NCBI GenBank assembly: GCA_036172245.1 | Contig: JAYWIR010000028.1 | Location: 806,001 to 870,000 of the forward strand | DNA from: Raillietiella orientalis | Lineage: Eukaryota | Direction of reading: 5' to 3' | Length of the DNA stretch: 64,000 nucleotides | Shown here: piece after piece, positions 1 to 13,649 of the stretch | How positions within the stretch are numbered: position 1 is the stretch's first letter | Layout: the number at the start of each line of letters is the position of its first letter | Program-made: the position numbers and the translations under genes | The notes under the pieces: generated by a model | The model's database searches: none | What the model was told of the DNA's origin: nothing | Seen by the model: only the letters and a program-made list of their open reading frames with translations

Positions 1-985
1 ACTTTTCGTGGTCTCCTCCCCTTTATCTCTGCAAAGATTAAAGATCCCGCGTAACGTGTTCACGTTTCTCCAAGCATGCTTCTTTTTTTCTTTTCTTTTT
101 TTTCCCCCAATGGTTTCGGTTGATCCTTTACTGGCAAATTTTGCTCTTCGTAGAGCTTTGCTAATAAGAGGATCTCTGCAAACGATGTTTCATTTGTTCT
201 TTGCAGCTTTGCATGTTAAACCCCTTGTAGACAACTCCGAGGCAGTTTTTCCTTTGCCTTTGTTTTGTGTACTCCATCAGTGTGTGAGATCAGAGAAATT
301 ACATGGTCCAGACGTGTGTGTCCCGCATTCATTGCATGCATTGATGCTTTTCTTCTTCTTCTTCTTTTTTTTGGGGGGATATCCACTAATTCTCATGTGA
401 TCACTTACCATATTAAGTCTTATGATCTTTTGCTTCTATTTTCGAGCATTGACTTTCCTCTGATGGTGAATGTATTCTGTTGGATTTTAACTCGTGAGAA
501 TCGATCGCCTCGCCTGTATTTTGAAGGCCGTTAGGAGAATTTAATTCCATTTTCCATTCTTTTCTTTTGTCTCATCTGTGGCCTCTGGAAAGTCTGCTGT
601 CATTTTCGCCCATCTTCCGCTCGTTTACTCGGTTGGTGTACCATAAGGAAAGTACCGACTATTTGTCCGAAACTTGTCGAATCCTCCGACTTAACGGGTG
701 CCATCTCACTATGTTTCCTTTATCTGCATGATGTTCTTCAAACACATGACACCACCTCACGGGTCAAATGCGCAACTGTCCACAGTTGAATGAATGAATC
801 TCAGCGTTCCCCCATTTCGATATCTTGAGAATTTAATTCATTAAAGATGCTGATTTTACATAGATAAATTTTCATTCCATGTGCAGGTGCCTAAGCATTC
901 ATCTATCTATTGAAATTCTCTTTTGTATGTGTTTGTTTGTGTGTAATATGATAGCACATAGGAAAGGAAGTTTTTTGAACTCCAG

Positions 986-3900
986 ATGAAGGAAAACAGG
1001 TTCGTCGTTTCCTTCGTGCACCAGATTTGCTGTTCGTCGTCTTCCATTACATATTTTGCGCTTACTTATCCATACAGTTACAAAAAATTGCAAAAGTTCT
1101 TGTGCAAACTGGATCAGAGAGTCAGCAAGCTCAAGATCCATCCAGATATTATGCACTCTCCCATTTACTATCACAGCGAGGTTCTGTGCTATTCTTTACA
1201 AGGACGAAGCATTAATCTGTTGACCATTAGTTCTCCCGACGGCATGATTTCCGAGCGAGAACCAAAATTTATCAATCTTTTTCCCACGTCGACTCTGAGG
1301 CCGCACCGATTTCCAACCAAGAAGATCATTTTCATAAGCTCTCGCGTACACCCAGGAGAGACACCCTCGAGTTTCATATTGGAGAGCTTCCTGGACTACA
1401 TCTGCAGACCTGATGATTTCTGCGCCAGAGAGCTGAGGAGGAAATACGTCTTCAAGATCATCCCCATGTTGAATCCAGACGGAGTGTTCTGTGGTCACTA
1501 CCGCACGGACACCCGCGGCGTGAATTTGAATAGGGTTTACGACAATCCGTGCCCCATCCACCATCCTTCGATATTTGCAGCAAAAATGCTTATTTTGTAT
1601 TTTCATAAACCTCAGAGGAGCTTGCGGGTTCTCTACGATAGCTTGCATCTTTGGAAGAACAATCGCCGTAGTCTGGACAATTTAGAGTTTTGTAAAAGCG
1701 TGACATCCCTTAGAAAGTGCACTTCCTGTCCTTCATTCACATTAAAAGATCTGCTTCGGACACGGGACAGCGTGGAGCACAGAACTTCTGTGTGTGCGAA
1801 AGAGTCAGTTGGAAAGAACGGCATCTGCTTGAGGAACCGCTTGATTCGCGTCCGTTCCTCTTCCGTGGGCGATGCCGAAGGATTGCAGAGGTCCCCCAAC
1901 AGCCCCAGTTCATTTCGTGAACTGGAATGTTCTTGTTCAACCTTGACTGAATCCGAGCAGAGCAGCGAAGATTCCAGCCGTTGGACAAGGAGTTGTGATT
2001 CTGCAGGCCTTACCCGTCTTTCACAAGACCCCAGGGAGTTTCCATTCGTCCAGAACACTAGAGATTCCAACTTGTTCTTGTACATCGACCTTCACAGTCA
2101 TGCTTCGAAAAAAGGTTAGTAAATATAACCAAATCGTATGCACTTTATTAGGTGATTATCTCCCGAAGTGTTCATTGCAACTGCATTTTAAATAAATACT
2201 TTCCGAGTTCTTTCATTAATCAGCGCCTACTTTCTTTTCCGTGTCCACTTTCATGCACAAACGATGTGGACAATCTGCATTTCCTTACTTTTAGCCCCAG
2301 CAGTACCTCTGCTTGTTGCGTTTTGTAGTTTAGCTCACGGTATACGTGAAGCCATGACCACAGACTTACAGATGTAGGTAATAGTACATTACTACAGAAT
2401 GCTTAGGGCCATCAAGCTGTTTATTAAATGGTTTACGTTTAGAAATCGTATCATTCGTCCTTGTGGTGCTTCGCCTTTGTGTTTCGTTTGAGTGTTACGA
2501 GGGCAAAGGATGGTTAATCTGCAATATGTACTGCGGCGTACACTGTCAAAGCAAAGATTCCTCCAGGCTAACGGGAAACTTGAGAAGAAGGATGGAAATG
2601 AAATGAGCGAGCTCTGGTGGTGGCCGCAGTGCCTGAAAACGAAATTCTAAAGATCTCAGTCTCAGTGTGATAGCGATAAATTTGAATGAGGTGATTCCTA
2701 ATACAGAGAAACATCCCGAGACGGGGATGACTTCCACTGTGTATCCTGAAAGTAAACCGGGCTCTTTTTGAAACAGTGTCTTAGTCATCGGAAATTCAAT
2801 AAGGCACTTTTGGTCGTTGATGGGGTTTTCGGGGAGCGGCACCCACCTCAGTGGATAGTCGTCAAGAGTGATGTGCAGTCCATGGCAACCATGAAGCCAA
2901 GAGTAAGCAGTGAAATCCACTCGTTGCAATTGGGAACGCACTGTTCTCGGTTGTGCACACCGAAGTTGGAGCAAGAAAACGATGCGATGGAAGTCAAATT
3001 GTCAAATCTTCTGGAACAGTCGAAATTTTGCTCGATCCTCGGAACGGATGAAAGCATCTGCGAAAAAGCATGAATGTGAGTGCTAATGATTGCATCCCAC
3101 TTTCTCTCCGTTCTCCAGCACAGCACAGCAGCTGTCTCTTAGCTTATGAAAACACCAACGCGCGCCGTGTGCAAAAGACACCGGCTGGAATAAGCGAGAA
3201 AAACCTCTTTCGTACGACTCTCATGATTAAAACTCGGTTACCCGTAGAGAAAAAACTTTGTGTGTTTTTATGCATGCTCGACCATCCCCCCGAGGGAAAC
3301 GATTTGGTCCATAATTTCTCTGGCGGGGAGAAAGCATTAAATAAGAAAAGAGCAAGGAAAGTACGTCGGATGAGAGAAGCCCTCAGTCAGCGAGGGGTGG
3401 TCAAAAGCAGCAGTTTGCAGCCGATGAAGCACTGAATAACTGGTCACCCACATTACCAGCAGAAGATTGCTTTGTTTTCTGCAAAGGGAACGAGAATACA
3501 AAAAGACTTCTTGCCATGGTTTTAAAACAGCAGTCGGAATTCATGTGGTTGACACGAAGTCTGCGAAGATCAGTGTCTGACGTATGTCGGTGGATGTGTG
3601 AGAACTTTGTGTGGTGGCAGAGGAACAGTTTGAAGGCATAAAGTACTTTGATTATGACTTGATCAAAGTATGTCCGTCGTATGTCAAAGGTTTAGAGAAT
3701 GCGAAACACCCTTTGGGAATAATTGGTCTTTGTGCATCTCCTTGCCTGGAAAAGAAGAACTTTTCATAGCAGAGCATCTGGAGCAAAAAAAAAAAAGAAA
3801 AAAAAGGAATTCAAAGGATACCAGATGGGCTCCCGTTTGAATTTTAGTTTGCCTCGATTCACCCAACAAGGTTGCGAACGGGACTGCGTATATCTTTTGA

Positions 3901-6900
3901 GGGAGGCGAGGAACAGATCATTCAGAAAATCCTTGCACAGATTTTGGATATCATGAGTGGGAATCAGGTTCAGAGAACCATCGTGTGAATAAATATCAGA
4001 AAATGCCAACATCTGAACTACAATGGCTAGGGACACCAGAGATGACCTCATGGTGAGTGCCGATGGTGGCTTATTGGCACTCAGCTCCGAAGAGAGGGTT
4101 TCCGTTCAGCATCTGCTACATTCACCAGCAAGTCAACGAGATGCTCCGTGGTTTTTGACACAGCTTGCGAACCCATGTGTGCCGGGCACCAAGCGCGTTG
4201 GCATGCCACCAGAACTAGTGAGGACATTGCTTCTGCCTAATGAGCCAGAATGCGTTTAGCAAAGAAGAAGAGAGAATCCCGGGTTTGCTGCTGCTCGCTC
4301 TCCAGAAGAGTTGGAGAGGAAATCACTGATCTCCTTTTTTTTTTCTTTGTTTTTTTGCCTCATGGAAGGCAGTCGGAAATGTCTGAGCATCCTGAAAGAA
4401 AAGAAAGCAAGTTCCATGTGGAGATGATGCTGAAGAAGCAGAGACACCATGGGAAACGAGGCAGATCCTTGTATTCGAGCCATGATCCTGTGTTTTGGAG
4501 ATGTGCCGTTTCCAGCTTTTGTCGCGGAATCACTTCCATGTTGTTTGTGGAGTTTCCACCAAAATGATTTGCCGACAACGGTTGGATCACAGAGGAAATG
4601 TCAGCAGATCTTCTCGTTTCGGAGAGAAATTTTTTCCTGTGCACTAGTGATCAATGACGAAGAGCGCACCCAGCTGGTCAAAAGGTACCTACAGGAGTAA
4701 GCAAAGTCAAGGAGGAAGTAAGCAGTCCCTTTTTCGAAGGGAAGATTTTCTGAAAAAGAAATAAAGTAAAAGGCTAGCGATGTGCTCCGTGCATAGCCAT
4801 CTCCAGAAAGGCTAAGTGGAAAAGGGGAAACATGTTTTCATTGTCCTGGAGATCGGTTCTGCGATCCCAGCGACTTCCACTCGGGATCGTTTTTCTTTTT
4901 TTGCTCATCACATATACCTTTCGGTTAAAGAACCGAAGTCTTGTAGTACGAAGTCGTAGCCGAACCACATGTACGGTTGCCTATGAGAAAGCCAACGAAA
5001 TTCACCAGCAGATTCCCCCTTCAGATAGTGAGAACAGAAGGGATGCTTGATTCCTCATCAGTCCGGAAAATGGTTCCAGAAGACCTCGATTAGGATTTTC
5101 GACTCGTGGACGCTCATGATCTTACTGCCATCGACGAGAGCAGCGGGCGCAACGCGATTATGCAACGACGCATTTGCCCTTAGAGGAAGAGTAGAACTTA
5201 CGGAAACGAGACGGTTCGTAACCGAAGCACCTTCTTCATCGACCTATAAGCGATCCAAAAAGATTGAAGAAAGATGAGACAGAATGAAAGCGGAGGAGAA
5301 CCAGAGCGATGATTGAACACTCGCAAGTGAAACCTCGGATTCAGTGTCGGTTTGCTGGATCTTTGGAATCAGAACTCCAAGGTCCCAGTTGTTTTCCTTG
5401 TGTTCACGTTTCCCACAAGCAAGGCGGCACACACAAGTTAACGTTCTCAAGGTCAGTCCCACTGCCACACACGAGCCAAAGAGGAATGACTCTTGTGATC
5501 CTGAGACGGTTTCTCCTTAAGAAGGGGTTTCTCCTTGTTCGCTGCGTTGTTTGCTTTTCTGTCCGAACAAGTAGTTTTACTGTATAGCAGCGGTTAGTAT
5601 GGCGGGAGGAGCGGAAGCTTGTTCAGACAGTTGTTCGGGAGCCTGTATGCGAAGCCGATGAGGCTGCTACTGTGGAGAACACGAAACGTGCGGAAGGTCA
5701 GGATGATGTGACGATTCAAGTGTTCCAACTGCTAACGTGCACTGCGACCTTGCAGTCGAGTTCATCTTCTCGGTGCGCAGGACTTCTCCCTCCTCAGGCC
5801 GCTGTAGACAATTCCTGACTGTGACCAGGGTAAAGAACTCGTGCAAAGCGGAAGTTCTCCGTCGTCCTCGATCCTGTCAGCGGCAGAAGCAGGCCATTCA
5901 AAAAGTAGTCCGAAAAGTTTGATTCCGTTATTGGCCAAAAGAATCGAAAGAGTAAAAGTGCTTTACTGAAAGTTCGACCGAGGCATAAAGGATGAGGAAA
6001 AAAAATAGATGGCATCCAATGAAGTAACGGGCGTAATCATATGTCTGTAATTACATTGAGCGAACACAGCATAGCTCTCAAAGTACTCGTGGAACATCCA
6101 CAGAGGAGAATTAGATTCGCCTCTTATAAAAAACTGCCGACGGGGTGCAGATGCCCCTTAAACAACGAAACGCTTCCGTCTTCTGTGGGCAATCCGAGTT
6201 CAAGTGGCACACACGTTCTGAGACGCAGCTTCCAAAACCTCAGGAAAACCGCCAACGGGCAGCTCTTCCTGCATATTTCTATTTGGCAATCTAGCTTGAG
6301 TGCGAAGAACTGCTGAAAATCCTGGCGAATTCGAAAGCATCCGGAATTCCGAATTGACAAGCAGCCAGGAATCAAGGTGTTGGTTCCCAAGTGGAAACAC
6401 CTGTGTAGAAACTCCTCCAGCTTCTTCATTTGGTCTTGTCGACTGAAAGCGCACGCTCACAGCTTCACAGCTTCGATTTTATGTAATCCGAGCGCAAAGT
6501 TCAACAGCGTTGCCACGGTGGGGTGATGGAAACCTCGATCGAGTGACCGTCGTTTACAAGCTCAAAGTTTCAAAATCAGAACCATAGGTAGTAAAAGTAG
6601 AGCGGAACCAACGGATTTCCCGAAATTCCAAAATAGAAGGATTGCGTGTAATGGATCAACCTGCGCTTATCTCCAGGGATGTTTCCAGAAATCACACATG
6701 AGGAGGCAGCGGGCGGTAGTTATTATCGAATCAAGATGTAAGTGGAGTCGCAATGAGTTTCTCCCATCGGACATCTCACTTGCGAAGTGTCCGGAAGTAG
6801 CATGGATCCAATTTAAATTTCTCGCGATTCAGTTGTAATCCGACTGGAAATGAATGTTGGATGAGAAAATCGGAAAGGACTCAGTCGGCATGGAAGGAAA

Positions 6901-9266
6901 TTCCATCAAACAACCTCTTAGTCAATGAAGATACATAAGCATTTGACTTTCCGATCTCTTTTAGCAAATCTGAACGTATGTGGCATCCTTCCAGGCTTGC
7001 GTTCACAGTCACCTGCCCGTTGGAGCAGGTGAGCACTTTCCAGCTCCAATTTGCATCAGAAGTCAGTTTGACCGAGCTGGAGGACATGAAAAACTTCAGT
7101 AAGCAGAAGCCTCACCGAATGATTTCTCTGAGCTTCCTCTCATTAACGGGCTTCAACTGAAGAAAGATAACAGCAAGATTTCTATCGTCCGCGTCCAAAG
7201 AAACCATCAAGAAAGACGTGAAATGAAGCATAAATGATACACATACTTCCAATGTTCCTTTCATACTGGAGCTTCACGTGACACACTCAGAGGGTTCTGT
7301 TTTCCCAAGATGAAGGGCAACTTCAGGTTTATTTGGGGGAGTAGGTGGGGAACATACTTTAGCTCCCAGAGCATTCTGGTGCAGTCGTACATCTTGGTTT
7401 GCCATGGTGTGTGGTTTTGCTGCGCGATTGCATGGATACATTGATAATGCGGTATCTGCAGTGCAGCTGCTCGAAGCTTGCCTTCTGCATTTGTATAGAC
7501 ATGGGCAAACGCTTTGCCACTAATGGAAAGAAAGGAAGAATAGGAGAGACTAAAAGGAGGAGCAGGCAGTGCAGGAAAATTCCTAGCTAGATAAGCAAAG
7601 GAAAGTTGGTTGCTCTTGACGAAGACATGGGGTGGCAGAAGACGCCAAAGTTGGGATGGAAAGAACGGCACCGTTCGTTTTGAAGTTTAAAGATCGAAAA
7701 GCCGTGGATTCAGGGGGACTTCCTGAATCCACACAGAATGCACACAGACTCGCTGCAGCTCGGTGATCCATCGCAGACGGAATCCCAAAGGTTTAGAGGA
7801 TGGCGAAAGCTACAGATCATCGCAGCCACCACATGAAGTACAGCAACACCTAACATGCTTGCCGAACTCGGGATGAAATTCCATGTATACGAAAAACCCG
7901 CCCCGAGGCCAAATAATGCTGACCACTCGAATTGCAGCTGGTAAAGGCGATCCTATGTGTGTCCCCCATTGAGAACTCTAGGTCGTTAACCTGAAACGCG
8001 CATTACACTGTTTTTGGAAGTCTCTTTGTAGGGTTTTTTTGAAATTTGTTCTCCATGAGTTTTGGAATAATTGCTTTCTTATTATCATGCATCACACCAA
8101 TCAAAAACTCGATGTGCTCAAATAGGAGTCTTTGTCTATGGAAATAACTTCTCTGATGAAGAAGCTCAAGTAGAATGCAAGTTGTTCCCTAAACTGATGG
8201 AGATCAATTGTTCGTACTTTAAGTTTGACGCCTGCAACTTTGCAAAGAGCAACATTTTATCCAGGTAAGTCGGCCCTCAGCCTTTCAGATAGTCGCTGCC
8301 TTCCAGATCGAAGCAGAGGATTTCGAATAAGGAAGGATCAGGAAGAATAGCCGTCTTTAGAGCAACCGAACTTATTCATTGCTACACGTTAGAATGCAGC
8401 TATAGCGGTGGTCTGCAAAAAACAAATGCGACCCAACGTGGTCCAGAGGAGAAAAACGAGCCGCCACATTTCAAGTTTTCAGAGTACAATTTGAGCACGT
8501 TTTGCGAAGTATGTGTGGTCACTTTGGGGTCGAGCCACTCATTCAGAGGACGTTTTTGCCTGCTCACTGTTTTTTGTTTTTCCATTAGATTGGTCACGCG
8601 TTGGCCAGGGCAATACTGGACATGACTGATAGCAATCCCCACGGGTTCCTCAAAGAAAGCGCGTTCCATAACACGACTGGGTTGAGACAGTGGCTGCTGA
8701 CTCATTTATCCCATACAAAAAAAAAATCAGGTAATAATAACCTCTGCTGCTACTTCTACCTTCAGCAGAAGAAACTTAGCCTTGGATGGGACGGATGCAT
8801 TCAATCTTCTGCCATGCTTCTTCTCTTTCGATGGTAGAATCTGCGAGCAGAGAAAATGCTCTAGTTTTTCCCTGGTTTGATTCATTTTGAATGACTTGAA
8901 CTCTGCAGCGAATGCATGTTCACGAATCCGTCGTGCTTGTATCCATGTTCTTTGCACTCTTCACAGCAGCGTCGTTTACTACCTAACCTTACATACTGAG
9001 CGCGCTTCTCTCATGAGCTGATCTCGCTTCTCAAGAGAATACTGTAAAAACGAAATTCTGTAGGAAACTTCATGTCGATTTCAGCCAAAAGCACACTGGA
9101 CCAGGATTCACCTGTTAAATGCAGAAATTGCAGGACGATCCTTTTGGGACGTGCTTTGATAAGTCGATCACCTTCACGGGAAAGAATACCTAAAGCAAAG
9201 GAAAAGGCAAAGTATTCTCCCAAGGAAAAGGCAAGTATTTTGACCCGTAAAAAGCTTCGTCAGTGA
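986..9266 (+). CDS. AGBL5: Cytosolic carboxypeptidase 5-like (tubulin deglutamylase, M14 family); 5'-partial, spliced
   Basis: Exons 986-2114, 8126-8264, 8307-8508 and 8589-8730 join in frame through GT-AG introns; 9064-9266 is a phase-compatible but tentative last exon. Motifs: FALTYPYSY, zinc ligands RVHPGE and DLHSH, NPDG, KEGSGRIAV, catalytic YTLEC. The long low-complexity insert inside the catalytic domain is typical of CCP5. Exon 986 is preceded by ctccag, so upstream exons probably lie outside the window. Confidence 0.9.
2250..7856 (-). pseudogene. Decayed multi-ZP (zona pellucida/cuticlin-type) domain gene nested antisense in the AGBL5 intron
   Basis: Signal-peptide-like start MLGVAVLHVVAAMIC at 7856. 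ZP-like segments: VLTCSNGQVTVN (~7035), VSVRFQST and LKLDCQIEICRKSCP (~6460-6260), AFFSFRMLRHF (~4410-4380), LHITLDD and LEFRFQALRP (~2880-2620). Stops and frame changes lie between segments. Boundaries approximate. Confidence 0.45.
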
Positions 9267-9299
9267 GTCCATAGCTTTGGCAGCAACAGGGATCGTCTT

Positions 9300-11800
9300 A
9301 AACTGGAACATCTAACATTGGGAATTCTGCACCACAGCTTGGAGATTTAGAAGCAGTTGCCAGTTCTGTGTCTGAATATAAATCCGCCAAACCCTCAACT
9401 GTATCCCGTTTCTTTTGCCTGAGATAAATGGAAGACAGTACCAGTTGACCGTAGAGACTCCGTGAGCAGTGATCCACCTCTCAGAAACTGAAAAGCTGTG
9501 CATGATCTACCGGTGCGAGTCCACGAGGAAAGATGAGCGCAGCCGAGGAATTTGGTGTTCCTATTCGGGAAACGGATCGAATGCACATCTCAGTACAGTG
9601 ACACACGAGCATACACGTGCTACCTTCAACAAAAAATTTGAAAGCAAGAGTGGAAGGCTTGATCCGCACGAATCATCCTGCATTGTGATCACAACAGTCA
9701 GGGATGGAGATGGATGCTGTCGGAAGGTGCTCTTATCATTTCGCGATTGTGTGTGCAGTCCTCTTCAATATACCTGACTGAGATGCGCGCACAGAGATAA
9801 TCAGATCACCGATGCAGCACATGCTCTGACATGTGACACAAGGGATGTTCATAGGGTGAGACCCAAGATCCACTGACATCAGGACACGTGACTCTTCGTA
9901 ACTCCATTGCTCCGGGACGTGTGTTTCAAAAGCAACAGGCGCACAATGAGGAAGGAAGCGAGCTTCCTCGTAGAAACAGGCGGAGACAAGGAAACCATCG
10001 AGGAGAGGTTCCACGTAAGGGGAGGGCTAGTTGCAGATGGGAAAGCAGGCTGTAGACGAATAAAAGAAAAAAATGAATGGATAAAGTGTACCGGAGGAAG
10101 AGATCAGTGGGGTGCGCAACGTCAGTCCTCAAACTCCTGATGGATCCCGTTCACGTAGGCGATGACTTCCTCGTCTTTAGTCGTCAGGCGGTACCGCTTG
10201 CTGGTTCGACGCACCGTGGTAGGCAGATGATCAGAAACTGTATTCTTGGATGCTCGGCGAACGGATCTGGAGCTTATTTCGTTGGAAAACTCTACAAAGA
10301 TCCCGCTGTTCCAAGTGCTTCGATTTTTGCGAATCCAGCTTCCTGATTCGTTAATACTTTATCAAAATGTATTTTATTCTTTCGATGGGCAATTTAAATA
10401 TTTTGAAAATCTCGAAGGAGCTCTAAGGATCTTAGAAAGACAAAAAAGACTGATAATCGAATAAGCTGCAACCTTCCGGAGAAGTTGCAGAGAACGTTTT
10501 ATCACAGGCACCACTTTGAGTATTTTGTAAAGAAAAGACCCCACGAAGTATACTTCGTGGGGTCTTTTCGTGGGTTCAAACAAATTCTGATTAAGGAAAA
10601 GGGAGAAGAAAGCCTTAGAAGGCAAGAAACTCTTGCTGTAACGTATTTTTGGAACAAATCAACGTGGATGAAGAAGGAAAATGAAGCAAAAGGAACACTA
10701 ACGGAGAAAGACGGGATGATTGATCCCGTAAGAATGACTTCCAAGGTAGAAGAAGTGAAAGTGCATCACAAACACCAAGCTGAGATCGTTTGCTTACACC
10801 TGAATTTGAAAACATCCCACTGATAATTTGTCATTGCAAACAGGAAAGCATGAACTCCATTCTCAAAGTCTATCTTATCAACATGGGTCCGGATCCATTT
10901 GGAGTGTACCGTTCTTGTTGATAGTCGAGGAAAAAAAAGCGAAAAGCAAACTGGAACGCACGAAAATAATAAACAAAATTCGAACATATCCACTAAACAC
11001 TGCTTCAGCGGATTCTCTTCGAGTCTTTTAACTCAGGACATGACAAGATACACGGGGCGATCTCAGGAAGGTACTGATCCAATTGAGAATTCAGATACTC
11101 CGGACGCCGCCCCGTAAGATTTCGAATGGGTGGGGATCTCATATGCGGATGCAGGTTGCTCTTTCAAAGAAACCTCGACTTTCAAAACGTTTTCAAGTGC
11201 CGAAACGATACGACTCTCCGATTAATCTGCTCGTCAAAGTTTGCCGGTCCAAGTCAGCAGCTAGAAAGCGATGGTGATGTCATGCTGATGGCAGCAGTTT
11301 TACTGCCTGCTCCTTTGTGTGTCCGCATGTCCGTGCCGTACCATAATCGCGAAGAAGACTTCTTGGAGAGCTCGAAAGGAAAAGAAGGAGCGAGTTTCAC
11401 TACCTGTTTCCCAAGGGATACGGAACAAGACCTAGACGGTCAGAAACGTAGCCAACTGCATCCACGATTCCCTCGGCCGATGAAAAAGAGGAAAAGTTTC
11501 GGAATCTCTTTCATTGCTCATATGAGAAGCAGAAGTTTCAGTTGACTGATGACGTCTCGTTTCTGCACGTGTCACTTCGTGGTCACTTTATGCTCTATTG
11601 GCTCTCTCGAATTGTGAAAGACATCGTCCACTGCCTGCATTCATTATGGTTGTGCAGCTATGAGCAACTGCTGATCTCTTGCATGAGATGCAATGCAGTG
11701 CACATTGGACGCAGTCACCTTTGATAGAGGAACCTTTCGACGTGAGCGACCCCCGATGCAGTAAACATTTCAAGTTTTCTGTCGTTCGATAAGAGAAGCT
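9300..11800 (-). pseudogene. Decayed gene, possibly a C2H2 zinc-finger protein
   Basis: Frame-broken Cys/His patterns: ECRQ..DDVFHNSREPIEH (~11640-11590), WCLxCTFTSSTLEVI (~10775-10730), IPCVTCQSMC (~9850-9820). No continuous ORF. Confidence 0.25.
10532..10569. repeat. Perfect 38-bp palindrome
   Basis: gaaaagaccccacgaagta followed directly by its exact reverse complement tacttcgtggggtcttttc, with no spacer. Confidence 0.97.
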
Positions 11801-11949
11801 TTTTTCAACAGCGTCAGAGATGGGAACGGAAGAAGAGAAAGTCATCAGCTGTTCAAATGAAAATGCAGACATTTTACGTGGAAGGGGGCGAAGGCGAAAA
11901 TGCCGCGTTTGAAGCGCATCAATCGAGAATTTCGAAAATGGTGGGAAAC

Positions 11950-12850
11950 GAGGAGAACTTGGAAGCCCAGGTCGCCCGATGCCGGGATGTCCCGAAACAC
12001 CCAAAAGTGGGAGGACCATCTCGAAATTCCCTTCGGAAAGGAACGAGCTTGGCATCCGTGGCTCTTACAGCAGCGAGACGCGAAAAACAGCACCGTCGCA
12101 AACGAAATCTTGAAATGAAAGGCCAAGGAAATTCGTGTTCGGTAGGGATGTGATGGGGAACTCCGGGCAAGTGATGGGTGGCACTTCGGGAAAAGACGTG
12201 GTACTCGCTCGTTGGCCATATCCGAGGAGGAACTTTCGCGGGGGGACACCCCCCTCTAATGGGGAGGGGCTGTCCTCTCCATTTCAACTTCTCCGAAGGG
12301 AACTGGAAAGGATCCGCTTCTAGGAATTTCTTCTCCGGAGGGAATCCGCAAGGGAACCGCTCCTGTTCACTCCTCTGAAGAGAACCCCGAAGGGACGCTT
12401 CCTCAGAAGGGGCGCTGCAGCTTCCCGCAGGGGAATCGCTCTCGCTTGCTTCCTGGTGCACACTCTGTGAAGAGGCGACGACTCGGAAGTACCCCCGCAA
12501 CAAGGGGGAGTCCGCTCCTTTGAACAACTTGAGAGGTGCCCGTGAGGGCTCCTGCTCCATCTCGAAACCGGAGGGGTCCCCCGGTGAGGGGGGTCCGCTC
12601 TCCGTCGTACGACCGGAGGGGGAACTCCCCATTCCTTTATTCCTGGGAAGACCCGAAGGTCAATTTCCCATTGTTCCGGCCTTCATCGGGGGCCTCCGGG
12701 GCTTTATCCACCGCCGGTGCCGCGCCCGAATGTCTCGGCCAAGCAGCGCCATTGCAGGAGAAACTCGGCACCCGACGACGCAGTGGCGTCAGAGTTTCTG
12801 CCGGAGTATTCGAACCCGCGACGCGTGGTGCCACACGCGGAAGCCTTAAC
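11950..12850 (-). mobile_element. Decayed L1/Tx1-type non-LTR retrotransposon fragment
   Basis: Its reverse complement aligns by eye with 41840-42350 (12757-12845 vs 41841-41938; 12560-12625 vs 42060-42120; 12330-12410 vs 42245-42335). That copy carries the diagnostic zinc finger. Confidence 0.7.
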
Positions 12851-12889
12851 CACAAGGCCTCCCACGCGGGCGGGAGGTTCGTACACCTC

Positions 12890-13310
12890 GCAGGTTCCAG
12901 ATTCCTTGGAAAAGATCAAAGAGATAGTTGATGAAAACCGATATCTAATGGAGCAACTCTATAATTGTGACGAAGCAGGACTGGCGTGCAAAGGATTACC
13001 AAATAAAAAACGAATGTTCATCGGAGCGAAGTAACAGCCCCTGGGAGACAAAATGCAAAAGGAAAGGGTCACTTTGACTCCCTGTGTCCGTGCCACGGGT
13101 AATCACAAATTACCCTTAATGATGTTTGGGAAGGCAGCTCGTCCATGGTGCTTGCAAAACGTTCAAACAAATGCCGATATCGACAAAGTGATCGACTCGT
13201 TCAATTTAGCTATCGAATGGTCAGGAAGTGTCGGCCTTCCCTTTCGTGATGTTCTTCTCCTGAGAAGAACACGGGAAAAAGCAATCGCGAAGAAGTTTGA
13301 ATCAAATTTT
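12890..13310 (+). mobile_element. Tigger/pogo (Tc1-mariner) transposase remnant, internally deleted
   Basis: QLYNCDEAGL..KGLP, in-frame TAA at 13032-13034, then KERVTLTPCVRATGNHKLPLMMFGKAARPWCLQNV (DDE_1 N-terminal half), jumping straight to a Tigger-like C-terminus (AIEW...LLLRRTREKA). Confidence 0.85.
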
Positions 13311-13649
13311 GTATCCTATCATCGTCATTTACCACATGCACCATCATCATTTTTACTCTTTATAATGTTAATAAATATTTGCTCATTGGATTATGAAAAT
13401 TCCTGTTACTGTTCCGCAATTCGGTTTCTTTTATCAACGTTTTTTTTTTTTTTTATTTCGACTACCCATATCGATACAATCAACAGCATTCTACAGAGGC
13501 AGCATCTTCAGAGTTCCAGCAAAGGTGACTCTATCGAATGTATCGACGTGCTTGCTGCGTGTTGCGAGTGCTGACAGAAATGTATCGTTATATTACACCA
13601 ATTCTACACGCTTGCGAGTATGCTTTTTGTTTGCAATGGAATAAACCAT

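Noticed and set aside
1..850. Possible minus-strand relic exons upstream of the first AGBL5 exon
   Set aside because: Only low-complexity charged fragments; no identifiable motif.
1620..2050. Ser-rich insertion within the carboxypeptidase domain
   Set aside because: An insertion at this position is a known CCP5/AGBL5 trait, not novel.
12337..12378. Plus-strand GNPQGNRSCSLL resembling the RT motif GxPQGxxLSP
   Set aside because: Nucleotide homology shows this element lies on the minus strand, so the match is coincidental.
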